Assembly (NCBI GenBank): GCA_964016885.1
Contig: OZ024742.1
Coordinates: forward strand, 310,372,001-310,436,000
DNA: 64,000 nucleotides
Source: Eledone cirrhosa
Taxonomy: Eukaryota
Direction of reading: 5' to 3'
Part shown: positions 1 to 11,700 of the stretch, piece after piece
Numbering within the stretch: the first letter of the stretch is position 1
How the letters are laid out: each line of letters starts with the position of its first letter
The notes under the pieces: generated by a model
What the model saw: the letters and a program-made list of their open reading frames with translations, nothing else
What the model was told of the DNA's origin: nothing
Database searches by the model: none
Translations under genes and position numbers: made by a program

Positions 1-2148
1 TGGTGAGGAAGGACGAGAACAAGGGGGATAGTATAAATAATTTTCGGCCCATAACCCTGCTAAACACAGAGTTAAAGATTTTGGCCAAGGTGTTAGCAAA
101 GAGGTTGGCGCTTGTCGTGGGTGGCCTGGTGGGAGATGCGCAGACATGTGCTATCCCATCCAGGTCCATTCACGATAACCTCCACCTCATGCGATACATC
201 ATAGAGAGGGTTGGCAACAAACCCGGCTTCGGTGGGGCCCTGATCAACTTGGATCAGTCTAAGGCCTTCGATAGGGTCGACCATGGTTACCTGGATGCGG
301 TGCTAGCGGCGGCTGGGTTCGGTCCTGTTTTCAGAGGCTGGATCACTGCCCTACATAGCAACCACATCTGTTCTAGGATCAAGGTGAACGGCTACCTTTC
401 GAAGCCGTTCGAAATCACACGATCCATTCGACAGGGGTGCCCTCTCTCCTCCCTTCTGTACGTATTGACTCTCGAGCCTTTACTGAGGAAGTTGGAGTTG
501 TTGCAGGGTATCCCCCTGGAACCAGGATTGAGCAAAGCGGTGTCGGCCTACGCCGATGACGTAACAGTAATGGTATCAACCGACTCGGAGATCGAGGCGA
601 TCGGTACCTTACTGGAGGAGTACGAAAGGTTGTCAGGAGCGAAACTGAACCGGGAAAAATCCATCGGGCTGCAACTCGGAACGTGGAGAGGCAGACCGAT
701 GCCTCCCGATGGTGTCGTCGGACACTGGACGGAGGGCCCGGTAAAGTTGCTTGGGGTCTGGTTTGGACCGGACCTCCAGGTGGAAAAGAACTGGAACGAG
801 GTTACGAACAAGGTGTTTGCACTAACCCAGAAATGGGCCAAGTGTAAGCTGTCCCTAAAAGGCCGGGCGGAGGTGGCGAACATTTACATAGCGTCCGTCA
901 CTTACTACCGCCTGACTGTCGTGCCTTGCCCTAAGGAAACACTCACCACCATGGAACGCATGCTCTTCCAATTTCTTTGGAAGAAGCGTCCTCCTATGGT
1001 GAGAAGATCCATCTGCTGCCAACAACCTTCGAAAGGAGGGCTGGGGATGCCGTGGTTGATGATGCGTAGGCACGCATTAAGGCTACGGCACCTACAGGTA
1101 TTCCTCACTGGTCAACCGGTGTGGGCTCCGTTCGTGAAACGAGCCTTTCCGAGACTCGTCTCACTCACCGAGCTACAGTCCTGGGTCAAGCAAAGATCCG
1201 GAAAACTGGGAGACTGGCACACTGAGTGTGCTCAGGCGCTCAGGGCTCTCTGGCAAGCGGGCCGGGCCATCGGTGGAGAATCCACCTCATCATTCTATAG
1301 AGGGCTGGTGGCTAGCAGGGGCGATGACACCCTTGGAGAGTCGCTGGACATGGAAGAAGACGAACTGGCCAGCCTGTTCGGTAGGACTTTCGGCCCAGGA
1401 CCAATGGACAACTTCCAGAAGTCACTGGCCTGGCAGTGCTACCGAGGGGCTCTACCCGTTCGAGAGAGGCTCTACAGACACGGGCGCCCGGGCAGGGATC
1501 CCTCAAAAAAGATTTGCCCTAGATGCGTGCGTCACGAAGAAACCGTGGCGCACGCATTGGTGCAATGTCCGGGCGTGGCTGATCTGTGGGGCTACGCCGA
1601 ACAACTGCTGTCGCGGGTGGCGCCGATTAAATTGACAGCCGAGTCCGTGATGACAATCAAACCGCCTCCCCTCTTCACAAAGGAAGCAAAGGCGGTTTTT
1701 CTGTGCGTAATAGCCATGTTGAAAGAGGTTGTTTGGTGGACACGATTGAAAGGTCTGAGGTCAGGCAACTTCCTCTCTGGCCATAGTCTGGTCTACTTCT
1801 TCCGATATCACTTCGGAAGAAGGATAAGAATGGAGAGAGAGGTGCTTGGCCACAGGCAGTTTTATGAAAGGTGGGTGATAGTGGCGAGAATGGCTCGTGT
1901 AAATGGGCCTTCTCTGTATACCATCCTGTAGGTAAAGAAGTAAAGGAGAGGGGAGCACCTTCTCCATGTGCTCCCCGGGCAAAGGATTGCACACTTTTTC
2001 GGGGGTGTGTGCAACCCCCATCACGTCCCCTCCCTTTTGAGGTTATTTTCGATTATTTTCATGTTACACCCTTTTTACTCGATTATATGTAAACTCCCCC
2101 TTTGTATTTGTCCCTTCTTTTTATGCCTTTATGGTAAATAAAGAAATC
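1..2148 (+). mobile_element. Tx1/L1-clade non-LTR retrotransposon, copy A (3' part; runs off the window start)
   Basis: RT ORF followed by a ~215-nt 3' UTR ending AATAAAGAAAT, then (CTAT)n(TA)n. Near-identical to 5843-7990. Confidence 0.93.
3..1931 (+). CDS. ORF2 C-terminal part: reverse transcriptase plus C-terminal CCHC zinc knuckle, uninterrupted in the visible part
   Basis: Motifs NFRPITLLN, LDQSKAFDRVDH, RQGCPLS, YADD, GGLG and CPRC..ETVAHALVQC. Confidence 0.93.
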   Translation: MRKDENKGDSINNFRPITLLNTELKILAKVLAKRLALVVGGLVGDAQTCAIPSRSIHDNLHLMRYIIERVGNKPGFGGALINLDQSKAFDRVDHGYLDAVLAAAGFGPVFRGWITALHSNHICSRIKVNGYLSKPFEITRSIRQGCPLSSLLYVLTLEPLLRKLELLQGIPLEPGLSKAVSAYADDVTVMVSTDSEIEAIGTLLEEYERLSGAKLNREKSIGLQLGTWRGRPMPPDGVVGHWTEGPVKLLGVWFGPDLQVEKNWNEVTNKVFALTQKWAKCKLSLKGRAEVANIYIASVTYYRLTVVPCPKETLTTMERMLFQFLWKKRPPMVRRSICCQQPSKGGLGMPWLMMRRHALRLRHLQVFLTGQPVWAPFVKRAFPRLVSLTELQSWVKQRSGKLGDWHTECAQALRALWQAGRAIGGESTSSFYRGLVASRGDDTLGESLDMEEDELASLFGRTFGPGPMDNFQKSLAWQCYRGALPVRERLYRHGRPGRDPSKKICPRCVRHEETVAHALVQCPGVADLWGYAEQLLSRVAPIKLTAESVMTIKPPPLFTKEAKAVFLCVIAMLKEVVWWTRLKGLRSGNFLSGHSLVYFFRYHFGRRIRMEREVLGHRQFYERWVIVARMARVNGPSLYTIL

Positions 2149-2399
2149 TATCTATCTATATATATATACAATCTAGCTGTCGTCTGTTCTACAGTGTGGA
2201 TGTCATTCACTTCGCACAGAAGTTTTGTTCAAATTTATTGAGGAAATTTTGTGAGTTCAAACTTAATTTTGATACAATTGTGTAGCTTGACCCTCCGTCT
2301 GAACTGTCAGGCGGTGGGTCAGCTCATCTTTACCCCTCCTAGAGGTGAAAAACCTGTTTTAAAAAATTTTGTGTAAAAAATTTCAATCGTCTAACAGAA

Positions 2400-4302
2400 A
2401 TGTTAAACGCAGCGAACGAAAATAGTGGTGGGGGGGACAGCGGTAAGAGTTGTAAGCTCGCACGCTTTAGTCCTCCCTTCCTTCCCAACTAACGTCATAG
2501 AGAAGGAAGGAAAAATTAAAATAAAAACAGACGAATCTGCGGAGAAAAAATTAAATGACGAAAACACAAATCTGGACTTGGATTCCAACAACGAAAAAAA
2601 AAAATTTGAAAAATTGCATGACAATACTAATAACACAAACAAAGACACAACAAACACAAAAATAACAGTTGAAAATAACACCATATCAGAAAACAAAGCA
2701 GACGACAAGATTTCATTTGCACAGAAAACAAAGAAATCTTTGACTTATATAGCGGAAAACATTTCAGATGTGGTACGAAGGATCACGGACGTCAAACAAT
2801 ACATAAGTGAAGGAGAGAATGGTATTTTATCCGTAAAAATGCCTCAAGAATTCACGAAAGACATTGAAAGCCGAACGGTCAAGTTTCGGACCATCAACAA
2901 CAGTACAAAAAAACCTGAATAGCCTTCTCAAGCAGATATCAAAACAGTACTCACAGAAGTACTTAATGAAACCACTTTCATAGGAAAAGACAGACTGTAT
3001 GGAAGCCTAGCAATTATCATGAAGAACGAATCGGCGGCAAAAAAATGTGCTTTGTCACCGATTCGTTCGAAAAATTTCACCTTTTATCCATCTTATATGG
3101 GGAAAAGAACTCAACGCATATGGCTGGATGCAATGATGCCAGATGTGGACTACTGCTGGCTCATAGCTGGCTTCATCGATCCAGTGAATGACAACGTGAT
3201 TTCCATTGGGAAAACCACAGGCAATGCGTTCAGTGGAACAGGTATAGAGCTGGTAGTACAAATGAAGCCTGAACGCATCGCCCAAATACCCGACAGAATC
3301 CTATTAGAGGACCACGGGTATATAAACATTAGCGTGGAGGGGAGAAGGCCGTCCTGCCATATCTGTGCAGGCAGAGGGCACCTGAAGGCCGCTTGTCCCC
3401 AACTCAACAAAAAGAAAACCCTGCTACCAACACCAGCTCCACCACCACCACCACAACAGATAAACAAACAACAAAACTCAGTCCCACCCAACCCGTCCCT
3501 CAGTAAAACCACAACACCACCACAACACAAACAGTCACAACACATTACCCCAAAACAAAATACAGGCCCACCCAACCTCTCACTCAATAAAACAACACAA
3601 CCACCGCAGACACAACACACAACACAGTCTAACATAGTAACATCCATCTCCCCCACAAAGAAAACCAACACGGAAACATTACCAGCAAACATACCTCTTC
3701 CCTCCAACACTGAAGATAACCCAACGAATTCGGAGGAAGAAACGGAGTCCTTCAGACAGATTAAAAGGAAAAAAAGAAAACATGTGCAAAATACACAAGG
3801 ACAAACAACCCCCACCCAAATCTCAACACAATCCAACAAAACAGAAAACACCCCTCCAGCAACAAACAAAACCAAACCTGCCCCTCCCCTCTTTGAAACA
3901 CTCACACCATCGGAAAAAAAGACATTACACTATACTTACATCAACAGAAACAATAATAAATTAAATGAGCTCATATACAATAATCCTTCGGTACAAACCG
4001 AAGGTGTAAACTTTGTTTCGTCAGAAAACTACCCACATTTAAAACTAATAAAGATCCCAATGAACCTCTACCAAAAACTAAAAAAGGATTTTAAGGAGGT
4101 CGTAGGACCACCCTCTGTCAAACCCATAAACCGCGTCCTACTAAAAAGCTTTCCCCCTCCCCTTCCCCTCCCCAACACAACTCCAAACACCCCAACCCCA
4201 CCACACACTGACGACCCCACACCACCACAAGACACCCCTTCACCCAACACCCCCGACCCCATGGAAGTCGTGCAACCCGAACCCCGGGAAGCGGAAAGGT
4301 AG
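2400..4302 (+). pseudogene. Copy B ORF1 (gag-like, single CCHC knuckle, Pro/Thr-rich tail), interrupted by TAG at 2920-2922
   Basis: ORFs 2425-2922 and 3019-4302 are in the same frame; knuckle CHICAGRGHLKAACP. Exact start uncertain. Confidence 0.8.
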
Positions 4303-4335
4303 GTCTCTACACTCTCCTTTGGCTCTGCCGCCCAC

Positions 4336-7300
4336 ATGGATGTGTTAAGAGTAGGATGTTTGAATGCACGTGGCCTGGGCTCAACTTGGAAGCAAGCAAA
4401 GCTTCTAAATGACCTCAGGTCATGTAGTATAAATGTAATGGTTATCTGTGAGACTCGAATCAGCGTCGTGCGGCAGCTGGCCCCCACCTTCGATGACTTT
4501 GAGGTGCATGCATCTCTCTGTCAACCTGGAGGTGGGGGTGGGGTTGTCGTACTGCTGCAAAAACACCTGGGTCTTGCCATACAGGTTGTGCACTCGGACC
4601 CGGAGGGTCGTTTGTTGGTGCTAGACGTTGGCAGTAGTGAAAGTGCGGCCTTGAGACTGGTCGCCGTCTACTCCCCTTTCGGAGCTGAACGTCCCGACTT
4701 CTTCCAGCGTTTGGAGACTTTTCTGGGAACGTCGCGTTCCCTGCTTCTAGCGGGGGATTGGAATGACATCCTGGATGCACGTTGGGACTATGCAGGAGCA
4801 TGTACTAATAGAGGGGGGTGTAACAGCCTCAAGGGGTTACTCGACCGTTTTAACTTGGTCGATAGATATCGACTAGATTTTCCAACTGTGCCTACCTGGA
4901 CTTGGAGAAACCACAGTGGTCAATCTAGATCGTACTTAGATAGATTCTTAGTTAGAAGTAAGGATAGGGACATATTAAGCTGTCCAGAAATGCGCACGGT
5001 TGGCTACACGGATCACAAATTAGTGACCTGCGTGGTCAATCTCGAGAAAACACATAGACAGGGTCCCGGTTACTGGAAACTTAATTTGTCTTTACCGGCA
5101 AAAGAGACTTACAGAAACCGGATTAGCAGATTAGTTAAGGAAAGGTTGACGGGTGCAATCGTCAACAACCGATGGTGGGCATCTCTCAAAAGAGAGATTA
5201 GAACAGAATCAATAAGTTATAGCAAGATGTTAGCTGCCGATAGGAATAGAAACGAGAAAGAATTAACAGGTAAATTAGAAGAGGCAATCAAGAGCGAAGA
5301 TGTGGCCAGAGTGCTGGCATCGAGGACGGCCTTGAACCAGTTTTTCGATGCAAAGCACGAAGGCTGCGTCATTCGAAGTAAAATACGTGCTCTAGGTAAT
5401 GAGGGGGCCAACGCCGTTGGATGGGCCCGCGTGACAGAAGCTAAGAGTGGAAATCGATCCACCATCCGGTCGTTGCAAGACGAAGATGGACGGGTGATCC
5501 GGGAGCCTAAGCAGATGTGCGAGGCCTTTCAAAGGCACTTTGCCCGATTGTTCGGGGGAGGCGAGGGTCCGGGCGGGGGCGTGGATTTCGGTCCATACCT
5601 CCGCGGCCTGCCGCGTCTCTCGAGCGAAGAGGCAGAGTCCTGCGAGGGACCAATCTCGGCTTATGAGATCGGAGATGCGCTGAGCCAATGCAGCAGACGC
5701 AAATCTCCAGGTCTCGATGGTATACCTTACGAACTTTATTTAGCAATGCCGGTCTTCTTCTCCGAACTCCTCGAAGCGGTCTACTGCAATTGGCAGCAGA
5801 ACGGGAGAATTCCTTGTTCTGTAGCCAAGGGCGTAGTCACGCTGGTGAGGAAGGACGAGAACAAGGGGGATAGTATAAATAATTTTCGGCCCATAACCCT
5901 GCTAAACACAGAGTTAAAGATTTTGGCCAAGGTGTTAGCAAAGAGGTTGGCGCTTGTCGTGGGTGGCCTGGTGGGAGATGCGCAGACATGTGCTATCCCA
6001 TCCAGGTCCATTCACGATAACCTCCACCTCATGCGATACATCATAGAGAGGGTTGGCAACAAACCCGGCTTCGGTGGGGCCCTGATCAACTTGGATCAGT
6101 CTAAGGCCTTCGATAGGGTCGACCATGGTTACCTGGATGCGGTGCTAGCGGCGGCTGGGTTCGGTCCTGTTTTCAGAGGCTGGATCACTGCCCTACATAG
6201 CAACCACATCTGTTCTAGGATCAAGGTGAACGGCTACCTTTCGAAGCCGTTCGAAATCACACGATCCATTCGACAGGGGTGCCCTCTCTCCTCCCTTCTG
6301 TACGTATTGACTCTCGAGCCTTTACTGAGGAAGTTGGAGTTGTTGCAGGGTATCCCCCTGGAACCAGGATTGAGCAAAGCGGTGTCGGCCTACGCCGATG
6401 ACGTAACAGTAACGGTATCAACCGACTCGGAGATCGAGGCGATCGGTACCTTACTGGAGGAGTACGAAAGGTTGTCAGGAGCGAAGCTGAACCGGGAAAA
6501 ATCCATCGGGCTGCAACTCGGAACGTGGAGAGGCAGACCGATGCCTCCTGACGGTGTCGTCGGACACTGGACGGAGGGCCCGGTAAAGTTGCTTGGGGTC
6601 TGGTTTGGACCGGACCTCCAGGTGGAAAAGAACTGGAACGAGGTTACGAACAAGGTGTTTGCACTAACCCAGAAATGGGCCAAGTGAAGCTGTCCCTAAA
6701 AGGCCGGGCGGAGGTGGCGAACATTTACATAGCGTCCGTCACTTACTACCGCCTGACTGTCGTGCCTTGCCCTAAGGAAACACTCACCACCATGGAACGC
6801 ATGCTCTTCCAATTTCTTTGGAAGAAGCGTCCTCCTATGGTGAGAAGATCCATCTGCTGCCAACAACCTTCGAAAGGAGGGCTGGGGATGCCGTGGTTGA
6901 TGATGCGTAGGCACGCATTAAGGCTACGGCACCTACAGGTATTCCTCACTGGTCAACTGGTGTGGGCTCCGTTCGTGAAACGAGCCTTTCCGAGACTCGT
7001 CTCGCTCACCGAGCTACAGTCCTGGGTCAAGCAAAGATCCTGAAAACTGGGAGACTGGCACACTGAGTGTGCTCAGGCGCTCAGGGCTCTCTGGCAAGCG
7101 GGCCAGGCCATCGGTGGAGAATCCACCTCATCATTCTATAGAGGGCTGGTGGCTAGCAGGGGCGATGACACCCTTGGAGAGTCGCTGGACATGGAAGAAG
7201 ACGAACTGGCCAGCCTGTTCGGTAGGACTTTCGGCCCAGGACCAATGGACAACTTCCAGAAGTCACTGGCCTGGCAGTGCTACCAGGGGGGCTCTACCCG

Positions 7301-7773
7301 TTCGAGAGAGGCTCTACAGACACGGGCGCCCGGGCAGGGATCCCTCAAAAAAGATTTGCCCTAGATGCGTGCGTCACGAAGAAACCGTTGCGCACGCATT
7401 GGTGCAATGTCCGGGCGTGGCTGATCTGTGGGGCTACGCCGAACGACTGCTGTCGCGGGTGGCGCCGATTAAATTGACCGCCGAGTCCGTGATGACAATC
7501 AAACCGCCTCCCCTCTTCACAAAGGAAGCAAAGGCGGTTTTTCTGTGCGTAATAGCCATGTTGAAAGAAGTTGTTTGGTGGACACGATTGAAAGGTCTGA
7601 GGTCAGGCAACTTCCTCTCTGGTAATAGTCTGGTCTACTTCTTCCGATATCACTTCGGAAGAAGGATAAGAATGGAGAGAGAGGTGCTTGGCCACAGGCA
7701 GTTTTATGAAAGGTGGGTGATAGTGGCGAGAATGGCTCGTGTAAATGGGCCTTCTCTGTATACCATCCTGTAG
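4336..7773 (+). pseudogene. Copy B ORF2: APE endonuclease, RT and zinc knuckle, with three lesions
   Basis: APE motifs LNARGL, ICET, GDWN, SYLDRF, TDH; RT YADD. Relative to copy A: 1-nt deletion near 6686, GGA>TGA at 7041-7043, 1-nt insertion near 7285. Confidence 0.92.
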
Positions 7774-7996
7774 GTAAAGAAGTAAAGGAGAGGGGAGCAC
7801 CTTCTCCATGTGCTCCCCGGGCAAAGGATTGCACACTTTTTCGGGGGGGGGTGCAACCCCCATCACGTCCCCACCCTTTTGAGGTTATTTTCGATTATTT
7901 TCATGTTACACCCTTTTTACTCGATTATATGCAAACTCCCCCTTTGTATTTGTCCCTTCTTTTTATGCCTTTATGGTAAATAAAGAAATCTATCTA

Positions 7997-8030
<34 letters not shown>

Positions 8031-8033
<3 letters not shown>

Positions 8034-8130
8034 CGAAGGAGTTGTGGTAAGGAACCAGATGGACCATAACGCACCAGAAATAGCCGTCGAAACGGCTTGA
8101 GCTCTGCCATCGGGGTCATACTTTTTCCTA
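8031..8130. repeat. Rearranged copy of the AGCCGTCGAAACGGCT fold-back family, in (TA)n
   Basis: Shares blocks with 26200-26432, 42209-42420, 43521-43705 and 63025-63080. Confidence 0.75.
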
Positions 8131-8152
8131 TATATATATATATACATACATA

Positions 8153-8192
<40 letters not shown>

Positions 8193-8207
8193 CACATACA
8201 CACACAC

Positions 8208-8296
<89 letters not shown>

Positions 8297-8511
8297 TGAA
8301 TGAACGGTAGTTTTTATCTAAACAATTACTGACCTACACATCCATACACACACCTATGTACGTATGAGTGTTTTGTACATACTTGTTAGAGTGTGCCCTT
8401 TTCATTGAGATAATTATATCAAGCAGATATATGTAATGATGTCATCATTGAAGCCAACAGGTATTCTAAACCACCGACACCAACACCACCAATATCACCA
8501 CCATGGTCGTT

Positions 8512-8557
<46 letters not shown>

Positions 8558-8689
8558 CTATCTTTAACAATAATAACAACAATATTGTTATCAACATTAT
8601 AATAATTACTATCGTAGGCATGAAACAGTCGTGATTTCTATTTGAAATTGTGGTGTTATGCCTGTCACTTTGCCTGTGTGTTGCTGTCG

Positions 8690-8720
<31 letters not shown>

Positions 8721-8745
8721 TCATGCTGTTTTTGTTGTTTTGTTG

Positions 8746-8797
<52 letters not shown>

Positions 8798-11700
8798 GGT
8801 CTAAGCGGACGTATTTTGCTCGCTCCCAGTAAGTCGCTTTACTTGCCAGTTAAAATTATTTGTTGTTAAATATTTCTTGTTGTGTAAGGGATATAAGCCC
8901 TTAGACTTTGCCCCGTGAAGGGGAAAGTATAATATTTGGGCCTTTTGGCCCAAATATTTGAACTTTTTTTTACATGTTAAAAAATTTACGAAGAAAAAAA
9001 AACATGGCTGAGCCACGCCCCTCAGCGATATGTCGGCTGTCGTGCGACAACGACGTAGAAGTTGAGAGGAGCGCTACAGCGAAATTAACACACATTGATA
9101 ACACAAACACCACCACAAACAAGGTAAACAAAGACACAAATGATACCAATAAGAACAGTAATTTTGAAAAAAATGACAGTAACAGCGACAACGAAAATAC
9201 AGAAAACAAAAAAAAACAAAACAAATACAACAACAATATCAACACCACTAACATGAAAACAAATAGCGACAACACCAACAGCAACAATACCAACTGTACC
9301 TTAACAACGGTGGCAACAAAGACAACACTGATAACAGCGACAGTGCTAACAACAACACCAACAAGAACAACGACAAAAAAAAAAATCCAACGAAAACAAG
9401 AAAAACACTTTCGCTGCGGCAGCAGCAAAAAAGAGGCCATGCTTCAACATGGACCTCTCAAACAAAGATGAAAAGTTGGCCCAGGCATGGAAGCTCATCA
9501 AGCAAGACCAAACTTGGGCCAACTTAACTGTCCCGGTAGAAGCTATTGAGGCAGTGGAGCGCAAAACGGTGCATTATAGATGCATCTCAGCACAAACCAA
9601 AAGGGAAGCTTTAATCCTACAAGAAGATGTCGAAGTCGCGCTCAGGTGCATCAGAGAAGACACCCAGTACATAGAGAGGGGCAGACAGTACGGCACCATT
9701 TCGGTGTTGTTCAAGTCAGACGCCCTCGCTATGAAACACGCTATGACTCCTTGCAAAACCAGCAAGGTCATAATGTACCCCTCCCACATGGGAAAAAGAA
9801 CGGCCCGTCTCCGCATTCCCAGAATCCCACCAGGACTTGACATGTGGTGGCTTCTGGGATGTGTGATTGTGGAGGGGACGGATACAGTCCCTATAGAAGT
9901 GACCAGAACGGCAGAGAGGACTGGTCCGGGGTTGACCTGGAGATCCTTCTCCAGATCAGGCCCGAGAATGTGAAGACAATCCCGGACCACATCCGCCTTC
10001 AGAATGGGACGGTCATTCACATTATGACCGAAGGCAAAAGGCCGCAGTGTTTTGTTTGTGGGAAAAAAACCCATTTGCGAGCCTTCTGCCCTCAACTGCT
10101 GAAAGAGGCAAGGGTCGAAAGGCTCCACTGCTGCCGGCGCCGGGGCGAGGACCACAACCAACACCAGCACCGGAAAAACCACCAACAACAGCACCAATAG
10201 AAAGACCACCACCAACATTGACCACCCAGGCGGGAATCGAGGAAAGCTGTCAAATTCCCCCTCCACCCCAAAATACACACACCAATAAAACCATAAACAG
10301 ACATACAGACACACTTACAGACACATACCCCTCATCTACCAGTAGTGAAAATGAGGGAAATCCCAAATCCCCCAAAATACAAAAAAGGAAACACAAAAAG
10401 AAAAAAAACCTTAACAAAGCACAAAAGCACCCACAATAAAAAACTCAGACACCACCCACGCAAACATCTCGCCAATAACACCAATATCAACACCACCATC
10501 ACCAGAATCCCCCAAACGCAAACAACCGAAACAGACGCAAGAACACATATACACACAAACATCCGAAACCACAGACACCGCACTCACAACAAACACAGAT
10601 ACAACCGAAACAACACCACCAAAACCATCACCACCACAGCCACGCAAACAAATAAAATCACACCAACAAAACATACAAAACTTCGTGCTCGTCAGGAGGG
10701 CCAACAAGGAACTGACGGCCCTCGTAGCACGAAGTGAAAATATACAAAAAGAGGGGGAAATTTTTCAATCGAGCACATTTCGCGTACCGGAAGATTTGGT
10801 TCTGGTGCGAATGTCGCTCGACATATTCAAAGAAATACGAGACAGCTTTCCTCGGGACGTGGGAACCCCGAACGTAAAACCCACTTCAAGACTTTTAAAG
10901 GGGTTCCTAAAAGAATCCCCACTAACTATGGAGGTCGAACAACCCGACCTTCACAAGAGCCTGGAAGGTAAGTAAACCTTCCTCTCTCTCCGTTTAACCT
11001 GCCAACATGGCTGTATTAAGCGTAGGATGCTTAAATGTTCGATGCCTTTAGACTGGTGGCCGTCTATGCTCCTACAGGGGCAGGACGGCCGGACTTCTTT
11101 AGACGCCTGGAAGCCTTTCTGGGTACGTCTAGCCCTTTACTATTAGCGGGGGACTAGAACGGCTTCTTAGACACGCGCTGGGACTGTGTGGGAGTATCCG
11201 ATAGGAGCGGGGGGGGGGGGGTGCAAAAGCCTCAAGAACCTGATCAGCCAGTTCCAACTGTCTGACAGGTACCAACTGTCTGACAGGTATAGACAGGATA
11301 TTCATTATGAAAATAGACAGAAATAGTGTAAGCTGTCCACGTTTTGAAACGGTCACCTATTTAGATCACAAGTTTGTGATCTGTATGGTCGACCTAGATA
11401 AGACGCGTACGTTAGGACCTGGTTACTGGAAGCTAAACATGTCATTTCCGGCACGTAAGGCTTACATGGACCAGTCAACAATTTAGTTAAGAAAAAGTTG
11501 ACAAGTGGAATCGTCAACAATAGATAGTGGGGGGCTCTCCAAAGAGAGATTAGAGTAATGTCGATAGAGTTTAGTAAAGAAGTAGTATTAGAGAAAAATA
11601 GAAAGGAGGAGGAGTTGGTAGATAAGTTAGACGAGGCTATTGGCATTGCAACTGATATGCTGGTGGCGAGAATGGCATTAGACCATTTCTTCAATGCGAA

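Larger units (their letters stand above)
2170..7990 (+). mobile_element. Full-length Tx1/L1-clade element, copy B (~5.8 kb), head-to-tail with copy A
   Basis: 5' UTR, ORF1, APE-RT ORF2 and the same 3' UTR as copy A; followed by (TATC)n(TA)n. Confidence 0.93.

Noticed and set aside
2170-2400. HDV-like ribozyme at the Tx1 5' end
   Set aside because: Only a simple hairpin is visible; the nested double pseudoknot could not be built.
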